From contig OZ287087.1 of the NCBI GenBank assembly GCA_965645245.1, positions 310,001-374,000 on the forward strand: DNA of 64,000 bases. The letters are read 5' to 3'. Origin of the DNA: Massalongia carnosa (lineage: Eukaryota). Position numbers and translations under genes: made by a program. The first letter of the stretch is position 1. The number at the start of each line of letters is the position of its first letter. Below the pieces are notes generated by a model, which saw nothing but the letters and a program-made list of their open reading frames with translations, searched no databases and was not told the DNA's origin. Positions 50,599-61,122 of the stretch are shown in pieces.

Positions 50599-50907
50599 TT
50601 TGCAAAATGGTTGGCCGCACGTTGAACCTATAAAAGAGTTTTTATGTATCTCCTTTCGCTACCTCTTTGCATCTCCTCTTATGTTTATCATGAACAACAT
50701 TAGATAGGTTATGCATTATTTAGTCTACACGTTCCATTTCGAGCAAATTATGGGATCCAAACATATTTAATCAGCAATAATAATGTAAATGTAAAAGAAA
50801 TCGCGAAAGGAGTTGCGAAAGGATATGCATGCGAAGCACAGAGGTGTGCTGATCGCCTTATTCCTTTTCATCTCCGCATCTCAACGTTCGGCCAACCATT
50901 TTGCAAA
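50599..50907. repeat. Foldback/old MITE-like inverted repeat in the divergent intergenic region
   Basis: 50599-50625 vs 50881-50907 match 26/27 inverted; further imperfect pairing inside. Confidence 0.6.
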
Positions 50908-51636
50908 GAAGAACACTGACACACCGCTCCACAGCGAACTCACCAATAGAATTTGAGCTTCTGCGGCAGCCTATAGTCCATGGCGTATTCGAGCATGGCA
51001 GTGCAGGAGACCTTCGTCGGTCCCCACTCGTTTTCAGCCGGTGCAAAAGCTTGACCGTATGTGGTTTTGCCTGTTAGAAATTCTGAATAGGCAAGTTGCT
51101 TTCAAACGGGGAATCTGATGGGAAAAATCATTCACATAACCTTATTTGATCGGTCTTATGAGACCCTTCTAATTCATATGAGCTTAGGATTCAATCTTGC
51201 GTTGGTGATGTGATGCCGCCATTAAGCCGGTTCGGCTCTGCCAGTCGAACAAGCCAGATCCTCCTCCGCTCCGCATTACCCAAAGAATTGAGCTACAGAA
51301 AACCTTTGATACCACGACAGTGTTAGAACAGTGGGCTGGCAAGCCAAAATCACCAAGGCATCAACTCTACTTGTCCCTCCTTTTCGTGGCTGTGTTTGGC
51401 TTGGCTGACTGAAGACGAACTCGCGGGAGTACAAGGTTCTCGGCCCCCTCCAAGCCATGTTTGAACTATCCTTTAACAGTCGCCACTGTCACTTGAGCGA
51501 AGGACCTAATGCTTTTTCATTTGCATTTACAACATTGTTTGACCACTTGTCGCTCCGACTTCAATTGGTGTATTGCGAAAGGAGTGCGTACCATTTCGCA
51601 ACCTTAGTGTACGAGAACCGGCGGCAGGCCTTTACA

Positions 51637-54600
51637 ATGACTGATCCACAACCCGATCACAAAAGTCACATCCAAAAAGTTCTGACGTGGGAGAGCTCCC
51701 CAAAAACCTTTCACCGAGAATGCTTTGGGGCTGCTGATGCCTGGGGCGGCGAGTTCATCCCAAAGTCTACCATATACGATGAATTCAATCAGGAGGGGAA
51801 AGTCGAGGACATTCTCGAGGAGTTATATAACCAAGGGCAAACACATGATGCCGAATACATCCGGAATCATTATCTACGCGGTTTTATCATCTTGATATGC
51901 ATTGGTGAAGGTTCCATGATCAAACAATTTACCGAATATGTCAGCCTTCAAGATCACCAGTTGCCATTTCGAAGGGTGCCTGAGGGTTTCCCGTCGTCTA
52001 CAAAATCAAACATTTGGGATAAATTTTACCAAAAACAGTGGAAATTTTGTCCAATCAACTTTGAGTACAACATGAGTTACCAGCTTAGCCCGCATGATGT
52101 CCTGCCGATTACTTTAAATGAGCCGCTCCGTGGTGGTGGAAGTGCAACTACGCACAAGATTGAACTGCATGAGGATTATAACCATCTCGAACCATTCTGG
52201 AATGACAATGCAGTAGGTAGCAATCCGTGGAGCTCGTCATTTTAGACGCTGAAAAGCCCTTAGGGATCCAGTCACCAGCGTCACACGTTCTTCGTGCTCA
52301 AGACTTATCGTCCCCCTAACGCTGAAAGCTATTTTGAAACTGAGCGCAACGCTTTCAAAAATCTCAGAAACAGAAGATCAGGGAAGCATTCCGTCCCCCA
52401 CCCAAACATCATCGGCTTCTACGGGAGTTTTGTCCGTAACGGAACCTTCAACATAATTCTAGAATATGCAGACATAGGGACTCTCGATCAATTTTTACAA
52501 AGCACACAACCGCCCTCCAAAATGGAAGATACCTTGATGTTCTGGAAGAGGTTCTCCGATCTCGGAATTGGGCTGCTTAAGATTCATGGCACATCAGAGG
52601 GTAATCCTAGGGATCTCCAAATTCTGCATGGGTATTTAATCATAAACAACAATCTTCTGGCGATCTAAGACTGATCAAAATAGTTGGCATCAGGATATTA
52701 AACCATCTAACATTCTTGTTATCAAGAATCCAAATGGTTCCTCTGTTTATGACTGTTATTTCAAACTTGCCGACTTGGGACTTAGTCATTTTAAAAAGCA
52801 CACTGGGTTAGCTGAAAACGCTACAGCCAGAGATGCATTCGGTACACATACATACGGTAAGTGAGCGTTGTGTGCTTGCCGGCTCTTTCCTCCATTGACA
52901 TTTTACCTAGGCGCCCCTGAAACCTATAGGTGTGATACGGCCATGCAGGAATGCCGCCTTCAGGTTAAGCAAGATGTCGATATTTGGTCATTAGGCTGTG
53001 TTTACAGTGAAGTACTCACATGGGCGTGCCTTGGCTGGGACTCGGTCACTGAATATCGTTGTCGGCGACAAACAGAGTTTCGGGAGAAATGTCACAAGGA
53101 TGGAGACTGTTTTCATGATGGAAATAAAGTCCTCCAGACGGTCGAAGAAATACATGTGGACATATTATCATATCGACGCCGCAATGACTCTATCACTGAG
53201 CCAACGCTTCAGTTGGTAAACAGGATGATAAAAGTTGGATCTCCTCGACTGAAGGCCAAGGAGCTATATGACGAATCGAAGCGGATTCTAAGCGATGCGC
53301 GGAGTAGACTCAACCAGACTTCTCAACAAATAATAATCTCTAGTCATGGTTATGAAGGTCAAAGAAGCGGCAGTCCACCGCATAGGCCGCCAAATCTACC
53401 CCCTACATCGGATCCTGGGACAGATTTCTCATCTATGCAAGGTCTAGATGCTCAGCAGAGTAGGCAGCTGAATGAGATGGTTGAGACTCCAGATGCAGCA
53501 AACACTTTTCCTGACCCCTGCGGTAGTAGTTTCTCATCACATAGTCATTCCAATGGGCGAAACATGCAAACGGAAAATCAATATGCTCATCAAAATTACA
53601 CAATCAGCTTACCCGCCGATAATGGAGAAGTAAATTTCCTCGAGAGCTCACAACGAAGAATACCTTATCCACAACCTGGCTTAAATGGAGCTCAGACCAC
53701 AAATTGCAAGCCACTTAGGGTAGATAGACCTCAGAACGAGCCGCTCGACAATAACCGATCCAGGGTTGAGGCTGGAGATGATTCAAGTAGCCTCGAAAGG
53801 GGACAAGCTTTTTCTAGAAGACATATTAGGAGTCTTCCAATTCGAGAATCCATAAACTGCGAAGATAGGCTTGACAGCTCATCCCGATTTTCAGCCGTAA
53901 ATCCGGTTTCTATACCAACAAATCATACAGCATCTCCACTCCCTCGTCAGTTATCTTTACAAGGAGGCTCAGTCGTTTCTAGATCCGGATCGAAAGACCA
54001 AAAGCAAACAACAAAACGTCCTGAACTTTCGGTGAGCGATGGCCTTGAATGGAAGAGAAAGAGAGAGAGAGGTCAGAGCATCAAACTGCCACATGAAAAT
54101 GAGCTCATAGACTCTCTGAAAAAGCGCGATCATGTTCGTCAATACTCCTTCAACAGAAAGCCTAGCTAATTTTGACTTTCAGGTTTTTCTTATTGACAAT
54201 GCTGGTTCTATGACGCACTATTGGCCGCAACTAAGACAGGTTGTCGAGCTAATAGTGTATATGGTGAAAGACTGCGATCCGGATGGTCTTGACATACATT
54301 TCACAAGATCATCAAATCATCTCCGATCAAAAGAACTCCCAACAATATTGGCATATTTAGAAAAAAACTCACCGAAGGCCAATGATCTAGCCGACATAGT
54401 GGAGCGTTTTGGTCGCATCATCCAAAAGTACCAAGACAAGATTGGTAGTAAGAAGTCAATACGAGAGTATCTTTTCAGAAGAAAGTTACGGAGACTGAGT
54501 CTCTACGTCCTAACCGATGCTGCTTGGCCATCAAAATGCTATCAAGATCTAGCTATAACAATTGATTCCCTGGTGGATAGCCTTTGCAAGCATCACCTTA

Positions 54601-54908
54601 CCACCAGACAAGTTGGTATTCAATTCATACAGTTCGGGGATTACCGTGAAGGTACTGCACGGCTCAACACACTGGACCGTCTGGATCTGAAGATGTGAGT
54701 CAGTCTATGAAGGCCCCTTTACTAGAAGCCTTGCATTGATTTTTTTGCCAATCTGTCCTACAAGTTTCGGCCCCCATAGCCTCAAATTACGTAACTTTGT
54801 GCGCTGTCGCTGACCCACTACAGAGATATCGTAGATCACACCCAAGCGGATGGCAACGTGTGGAAGATGCTTCGTGGTGGCCTCGATAAGGATTTCGACG
54901 ATGATTAA
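51637..54908 (+). CDS. Ser/Thr protein kinase fused to a C-terminal vWA domain; six predicted exons (51637-52212, 52264-52631, 52684-52856, 52911-54133, 54183-54694, 54824-54908)
   Basis: GGGSA, VLKT, HPNII, LEYA, WHQDIKPSNIL, LADLG, GTHTYGAPE, DIWSLGCV; low-complexity linker; vWA VFLIDNAGSM..DPDGLDI.F..VLTD..IQFIQFG..DIVD. Confidence 0.88.
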
Positions 54909-55228
54909 AGCTCACCTTTAGGACTGCACCGCATCAGTTCTTATGGCGTAGGATACGGTCGACGCGCAATTCGATAACAGCCCTCAATACACAATCTCTC
55001 TTGTATAATAGTAAGGATATCAGTTATGATTTCACGAGTGTTTGTCTGACATCAATCAAAAAGTCAAATAAGTGTTTATAAAAGATCTAGAGCATAATGT
55101 ATATAAATTCAGATCCGATTTCTATGTAACATTTTGGTAAATATTTTCCAAGCAGATAAAATGTTTATATTATCAAAAGATTATTAGAAGTATCTTAATT
55201 TATAATTTTCTGACACGATTATATGTAA

Positions 55229-55480
55229 TATTATGGTCTACCTAGAACTAGTCTATAGGGACACTAGAAACGAAAACAATCAAGATGAAGAAGAAAAGAA
55301 CAACCGAAAGACAAATCTCGCCACTATATAGTCCAGCGCCAACTAATCCTCAACCGACTTAACCGCGGCTTGTTCCGCTTGTGTCAGCCTAAACTCGAGC
55401 TCGAGAGTTAGATCCGAAGTAGCTAGGTCGATAGTCTGGTACCGAAGTAGTGTCGAGTAAAACAGTAACAATATGTGACA
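55229..55480 (-). mobile_element. Degenerate solo LTR related to 8623-8866
   Basis: Shared TCTACCTAGA..ATAGGGACACTAGAAACGAA block; no clear TSD. Confidence 0.6.
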
Positions 55481-55508
55481 CAATCTCGTTATTCGAATAT
55501 ATTTCGTC

Positions 55509-56079
55509 TGTAACGGTTCGACCAAGCGTGGTGCGGACGGCAGGACCTACAGCGAACATAGCATGAGTCCCAGTTATAGTAGAATAGAGCTTAGTCTGCG
55601 GACTAAGTATTGTGCCTTTTGGTCGGGAAGGACAGGTGGCGCAATGGTAGAAATCTATTCACTATCTCGCTTCGTCACAGAATACTTAGTCATCAATCGG
55701 TGTACTTGTCGTGAGTTCGATTCCTGACCTGAGTTCCTCGCTTTTTCGCCTTGTTTCGACGGACTGAAGCTAGGACGAAACGGGAAAGCGTTGGATGAAA
55801 ACTCTCTAAGTCGGATCGGCGAGGGCCGTACGCTAAGAAGAGCCCATTCTTCGGGGCTAACTATAACTGGAAGCGGCTAGTGGCTAGCCGCAGCTAGACG
55901 AGCGGTAGTGTAACGGTTCGACCAAGCGTGGTGCGGACGGCAGGACCTACAGCGAACATAGCATGAGTCCCAGTTATAGTAGAATAGAGCTTAGTCTGCG
56001 GACTAAGTATTGTGCCTTTTGGTCGGGAAGGACAGGTGGCGCAATGGTAGAAATCTATTCACTATCTCGCTTCGTCACA
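55509..56079 (+). mobile_element. Intact TRIM: 171-bp LTRs (55509-55679, 55909-56079) and 229-bp non-coding interior
   Basis: TG..CA LTRs identical by eye; TSD TCGTC; second copy at 38421-38989. Confidence 0.95.
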
Positions 56080-56092
56080 TCGTCTACGCTTT

Positions 56093-56227
56093 CGCCGCGC
56101 AACGGGTTGGGTTTTCGCCACAAATTGCTTTTTCGCCACCGGGTTTTTCTTTCAAAACTCAACCCGGACACCAAAAATCATAGGGTTCGCCACAAACGGG
56201 TTGGGTTTTCAGTAGAGAAACCCGACC
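56093..56227. mobile_element. Truncated copy of the 8011-8162 MITE family
   Basis: CGCCGCGCAACGGG end and shared interior in reverse complement. Confidence 0.8.
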
Positions 56228-57145
56228 TGTTGAATATCCAATTCCTACCAGCACAATGAACACCTATCAGTACGATGAACATAGCACCTACGGCTGCTCT
56301 AGATGGACAGATCATCTACGGAAACCGTAGATGCCGCATTAGGCTTAGTCCCAAGATAAGATAAGATTACCTCGCTTAGAAGGGGGTGACCAGTAATAGG
56401 AAAAGATTGCTGCCTAGCAACTCTTCATCCTTAACATCACGGTGTGAGAGTGACTCTGGACTAGGAGTAGTGTAGTGGGTTAAGAGTAGAACAATTGAGT
56501 ACGGAGTAGTTAAATTGTAAGATGATCTATCTAGATGGGCCTAACACCATATTATATAGATCAGTGGGAATAGTCGAGGTCGAGTTTCTTCAGTACTCTG
56601 CCAACTATGTCAACTAAGGGCGGACGTTCCTCCGTGGGCTCAGACCTTCTGTCCCGTCCCATTAGTCATCGCTTGACCTGACTATAGTATGACTTTACCT
56701 CAGTACCTCAGACGTGCCCGGCTAAGCCCCTTCGGGTTAACAGGCTGACTACGCAGCACATCTGTAGCAAGTCTGAGCCCAAAACTCAAGATTACGGTCA
56801 GATATGGCTTAACGATCATGACAAGAACGATTTCTGTGACGAGGCGGCAACGGGGGGGCCTATTCAGGTGGTGAAGGTGGTGGCATTGCTAGCTATGACT
56901 ATACTAGATAGACAAGACGAACACAAGGAAGAAAGCATCAATTGCTGCAGAGATTTTCCATGTAACTCCCGGAACCCATTTCCTTACCTGAATGCGGTTA
57001 GCTCCCCACTAAGGCTAACGCGATACCTAAAACATTTAGCGTGTCGGGAGGTATCGCTTAGCAGAGCATCTCGCGCTCACACCATGACAGTAGCTCCCCC
57101 TTCAAGGCCTGCTTCCACGCAGGCTTTATAGCTTCAGGGTGTGAG

Positions 57146-60100
57146 CTATCGTGGCTTGGCTGGGTATCGTTGATGAAATTCTGCTACCCTTTCCTTGGCG
57201 TTAGTAACATACTCAGCATACTCCCAGGTGGGGTCGTTCCAGCCCGTCCATTGCACCAGGTACTTTAGGCGGTTTCGAAATTTCTTGGAGTCTAGAATTT
57301 CTTCAACCTCGTATTCTTCTTCGCCTTCGACTTCAATAGGTGGTGCGGGAGGGGGGATGTGATCGGGATGAGGGTGTTGCGGCACGGGCGAGAGAAGGGA
57401 TACGTGGAACACAGGATGAATTTTCATGCCGGGGGGCAGCTCGAGTTGATACGCGTATTTGCTTACCACCTTAGATATCTTGAATGGACCCAGATTTTTC
57501 CAGTCAAGCTTTCGAGCAGGTCTTTGAGTACGGATGTTCTTAGTACTCAACCATACTTCATCTCCTGCTTGGTAACTTGGTGCTGGTACACGATGTTCAT
57601 TGGCTCCAGTCTCGTACCTGGCTTGCGCGAACTTCATCTCTTCCTGTAGCACGGACGAGATATCTTGCATCTTCTTGGCGAACTCCCCTGCGTTTAGACT
57701 GGCTGGGGATCGAGAGGGCTCAATCGATTTGAATCCCATTCTCGGATGAAATCCCATCTCGGCCAGGAATGGGCTGCACCCAGTCGTCTCGGACACTACA
57801 TTGTTCCCTGTGAATTCTGCCATGGGTAACCAACTTGCCCAATCGTCTTGAAGATAGTCCGTGTAGCTTCGAAGGTATTGTTCCATGGAGGCGTTTACTC
57901 GCTCGGTTTGACCGTCCGTTTCTGGATGGAAGGCCGTTGATAACAGGCTCTTGATACCCAGTAGTTGACAGAGCTTTTTCCAAAATTCCGATACAAAGAG
58001 CACTCCACGATCCGATACTACGGTGCTCGGCAACCCGTGTAGTTTCCAAATATCTCGAAGAAAGAGTTCAGCCAGTTCCTGAGCATTGATCGTGGTGAGG
58101 CATGGAGAGAAGTGCCGTCGTTTCGATAGACGATCGACCACCACTAATATGGCGTCGAACCCACTACTTTCTGGAAGCCCAGTCACGAAGTCCATCGAAA
58201 TATCTTGCCAGCGGCGCTCCGGGACGGGTAACGGTTTCAAGACTCCCATTTTTCCTTGACGAGAGGGCTTGCTTCTTGCACAAACTTGACAATGTTGCAC
58301 GTACCTTGCTACGAACTGATAGAATCGTGGCCAGTAATAGTGACGTTGCAGAAGATCAAAGGTCTTGGCTCGACCGGGATGACCGGCTACAGGGCTATCG
58401 TGAACGGACTTGCAAAGTCTCATCTTCAGGGCGTGTGAGTCCGGAACGTATATCTTTCCTCGATAGTGCAGTCGGCCATCCATCTCTGTGCACTCTGCCA
58501 GCGAGATTTCCTTGGAGTGTCTAGCACCTGATCGTAATAATTCCAGAATTCTCATCGGAAAGAGGTCCTTTTCCAATGCTTCTTGCCATAATTCTTCCAA
58601 GGTCTTGATTTCATCCTGATCTGAGGCGATTTCCAGAGGTTCACTTTGTTCCGAGGCTTCAACATTTTCTTCGAGAGGTTCATCTGCTAATCCGTTCGCT
58701 AGAAGTTCAAGATTTCGAGGTTTCAAGACCACTTGATGTTGAATTTTTATCCGTGGATCATCCTCCCCCTTCGGTAGGTCTTGAGACCTTCTAGTCAGGG
58801 CGTCGGGTTTTCCACCGCTTTTCCCTGGGCGGTACATGATCTGGAAATCGAAGCGGGAGAGATACTCGGACCAGCGTGCTTGACGACGACTGAGCTGTTT
58901 CGTTGTCATGAAGTATTCGAGATTCTTATGATCAGAAATGACTTGAATAGGAAAGGCGGCTCCTTCGAGCTCGGATCTCCATTCCTCGAAAGCTCGAATG
59001 ATGGCCATGAGTTCCTTGTCATAGATCTCGTAATTGATTTCCGCGGGGGCGTGTTTTTTCGAGAAGAAGGCTACAGGGCGTAGAACTCCCTCGTCATCGT
59101 ACTGTGAGAGTACACCCCCCACTACCCAGTCGGAAGCGTCAACTTCTACCACGATTTTCTTTTCAGGATCGAAATGCATCAGAATGAGATCGCTAACAAA
59201 TGCGTTTTTTAGCCTTTGAAACGCGGCCTCACACTCGGAGTTCCAAGAGAACACGGTCCCCTTTTTCGTCAGTTTGATCAGGGGCGAGGCAATGGCTGAG
59301 AAACCCTTGACGAAGCGTCTATAGAAATTTGCGAAGCCCACGAAAGCTTGAATATCCTTAATGTTCTTGGGTGTTATCCAGTCCTTGATCGTCTGAACTT
59401 TTCGTGGGTCCATCTTGATTCCTTTGTCCGAAATGATAAGTCCCAGGTAAGTGGTTTCCGTGACGAAGAATTCACACTTTTCTATGTCCAGTTGCAGACC
59501 TGCGGACCTCAGAGCTTCAAGAACTTTTCTTACGTGAATCTTGTGTTCCTTCTTTGATTTACTGTATACAAGAATGTCGTCGATATAGGCGGTGCAAAAG
59601 GCATCTAAATATTCTCGAAGAACGTCGTTGATATAGTGCTGAAAGGAGCCGGGCCCCCCTGAAAGTCCGAAAGGCAATACTTCATATTCGAAGAGACCGT
59701 ACCTGGTCTTGAAAGCGGTCATCCATTCTTGCCCGCTCTGCATTCGTAGCTTGTTGAAAGCCGCGATGATGTCAAACTTAGAGAAAATCATGGCCTTGGC
59801 AAGACGATCTAGTGTTTCTTGAATCAGTGGTATTGGATAGCGATTCTTGATCGTGATCGCGTTCAGAGCTCGATAGTCTACACAGAAACGCAGTCCTCCC
59901 GACGGTTTTCGGGCGAATAACACGGGCGAGGAGCAGGGCGAGGAGCTGGCACGAATAAATCCTTTGGCTAGGTTTTCTTTCAAGTATTTCTGCAAGACTA
60001 GTAGTTCAGGAGCTGACATCTTGTACAGCGGGCCTGACGAGGGTATGGCTCCTTCCTTGAGAACGATTTTATGATCGTAGGAGCGGTGCGGGGGTAGTTT

Positions 60101-61090
60101 ATCGGCTTCTTGCTTGGAGAAGACGTCTAGAAGATCGTGAAATTCCACGGGCACTATACTGGCGGGATCGATGATTTTCTTGGGCTTCAAGGACTTGGCG
60201 ATATCTTCGAGGGACGAGGCGGAGAGATTGACTTTCTCTCTCGGATTTCTGAGTTGTTCAAGGGCTTTGTCAATTTCATACATGGAAGCGGTGAAGATTT
60301 CGTTCTTCCGGTCCTTCATCAGGGTCGAGAATGGAGCGGCTCCAACCATGTAAATGCTCATAGGTGAGGGATCGGGAGATTCCGTGCAGACCGTCATTGG
60401 TCGTGCGTTCGAGATCGGTGGCTCAAGAAGTGTTCGGGATTCAGGACTTGAAGGAGCGTTTAATACACTGACTTCGAGAGTTCTAGGAGTCGAGCGAGAG
60501 ACCTTGTTCTCACTGACTTTCAGGGTTTCAGGAGTTTTCATACAAGAGACCTCGTTCTTGCGTGATTCGACGGTTTTCAAGGACAGGGACGAAGCGGACT
60601 CAGGAGTCCCTTCAGATGGATCAGGAAGGCCAGAAATGACAAGAGGGACGTGTTTATTCTCTAAACACTCCTGGAAACAGTACGTGGACGAGAAGGTCAG
60701 GGTATTTTCAGTCCAGCTGACGGAGGGGTCATGAATTTGAAGCCACTTGACTCCCAGGACGACAGGATAATGACCCAGTTGGGTAACTAAGAACGAGCCT
60801 TGCTCGGAATGACGGTTTATTCGCATCCTTGACTTGATCAGATGAGTAAGTTTTCCGGCCGCCGCGGGGCGACCATCGACTACTTCGAGGATACGAGGAC
60901 GGACAAGAGGGGTGAAAGGCAGGGAATTGTTTCGCGCGAAGGATGAATCAATGAATGCGTAGCCCGAGGCACCGCAATCAATCAAAGCATGGGTGTGTAT
61001 AACTCGATTTTCCACAGAGAGTGCTATAGATATGACACAATGTCTACCGTCTAACGAATCTTCTGAGAGAGAAAAGGCTGAAATCGACAC
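57146..61090 (-). CDS. pol: Pol (PR-RT-RNaseH-IN-chromodomain), -1 frame to gag
   Basis: LIDCGA, YIDD, VDASD, HHCC, DDE, GPF, YEVEEILD..YLVQWTGW..TWE. Confidence 0.97.
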   Translation of the reverse strand: MSISAFSLSEDSLDGRHCVISIALSVENRVIHTHALIDCGASGYAFIDSSFARNNSLPFTPLVRPRILEVVDGRPAAAGKLTHLIKSRMRINRHSEQGSFLVTQLGHYPVVLGVKWLQIHDPSVSWTENTLTFSSTYCFQECLENKHVPLVISGLPDPSEGTPESASSLSLKTVESRKNEVSCMKTPETLKVSENKVSRSTPRTLEVSVLNAPSSPESRTLLEPPISNARPMTVCTESPDPSPMSIYMVGAAPFSTLMKDRKNEIFTASMYEIDKALEQLRNPREKVNLSASSLEDIAKSLKPKKIIDPASIVPVEFHDLLDVFSKQEADKLPPHRSYDHKIVLKEGAIPSSGPLYKMSAPELLVLQKYLKENLAKGFIRASSSPCSSPVLFARKPSGGLRFCVDYRALNAITIKNRYPIPLIQETLDRLAKAMIFSKFDIIAAFNKLRMQSGQEWMTAFKTRYGLFEYEVLPFGLSGGPGSFQHYINDVLREYLDAFCTAYIDDILVYSKSKKEHKIHVRKVLEALRSAGLQLDIEKCEFFVTETTYLGLIISDKGIKMDPRKVQTIKDWITPKNIKDIQAFVGFANFYRRFVKGFSAIASPLIKLTKKGTVFSWNSECEAAFQRLKNAFVSDLILMHFDPEKKIVVEVDASDWVVGGVLSQYDDEGVLRPVAFFSKKHAPAEINYEIYDKELMAIIRAFEEWRSELEGAAFPIQVISDHKNLEYFMTTKQLSRRQARWSEYLSRFDFQIMYRPGKSGGKPDALTRRSQDLPKGEDDPRIKIQHQVVLKPRNLELLANGLADEPLEENVEASEQSEPLEIASDQDEIKTLEELWQEALEKDLFPMRILELLRSGARHSKEISLAECTEMDGRLHYRGKIYVPDSHALKMRLCKSVHDSPVAGHPGRAKTFDLLQRHYYWPRFYQFVARYVQHCQVCARSKPSRQGKMGVLKPLPVPERRWQDISMDFVTGLPESSGFDAILVVVDRLSKRRHFSPCLTTINAQELAELFLRDIWKLHGLPSTVVSDRGVLFVSEFWKKLCQLLGIKSLLSTAFHPETDGQTERVNASMEQYLRSYTDYLQDDWASWLPMAEFTGNNVVSETTGCSPFLAEMGFHPRMGFKSIEPSRSPASLNAGEFAKKMQDISSVLQEEMKFAQARYETGANEHRVPAPSYQAGDEVWLSTKNIRTQRPARKLDWKNLGPFKISKVVSKYAYQLELPPGMKIHPVFHVSLLSPVPQHPHPDHIPPPAPPIEVEGEEEYEVEEILDSKKFRNRLKYLVQWTGWNDPTWEYAEYVTNAKERVAEFHQRYPAKPR

Positions 61091-61122
61091 AGGGACCCCT
61101 TCTGAACGTCTTCGGGGGCGAC

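Noticed and set aside
51457..51636. Longer kinase N-terminus from ATG 51457
   Set aside because: It reads like 5' UTR; ATG 51637 has a better ACAATG context, though this is unproven
55680..55740. tRNA gene
   Set aside because: Only a T-loop-like motif; no convincing D, anticodon or acceptor stems
55740..55795. Hammerhead ribozyme/retrozyme in the TRIM (CTGAAGC...GAAAC)
   Set aside because: The core is not CUGANGA and stems I/II cannot be built; a simple hairpin explains it
56228..56615. Possible Copia-type solo LTR starting TGTTGAA
   Set aside because: No matching end with TSD and no second copy in the window
56868..57131. Duplicated small ORF MVKVVALLAM (also at 62465)
   Set aside because: It lies within the identical LTRs, antisense to the element
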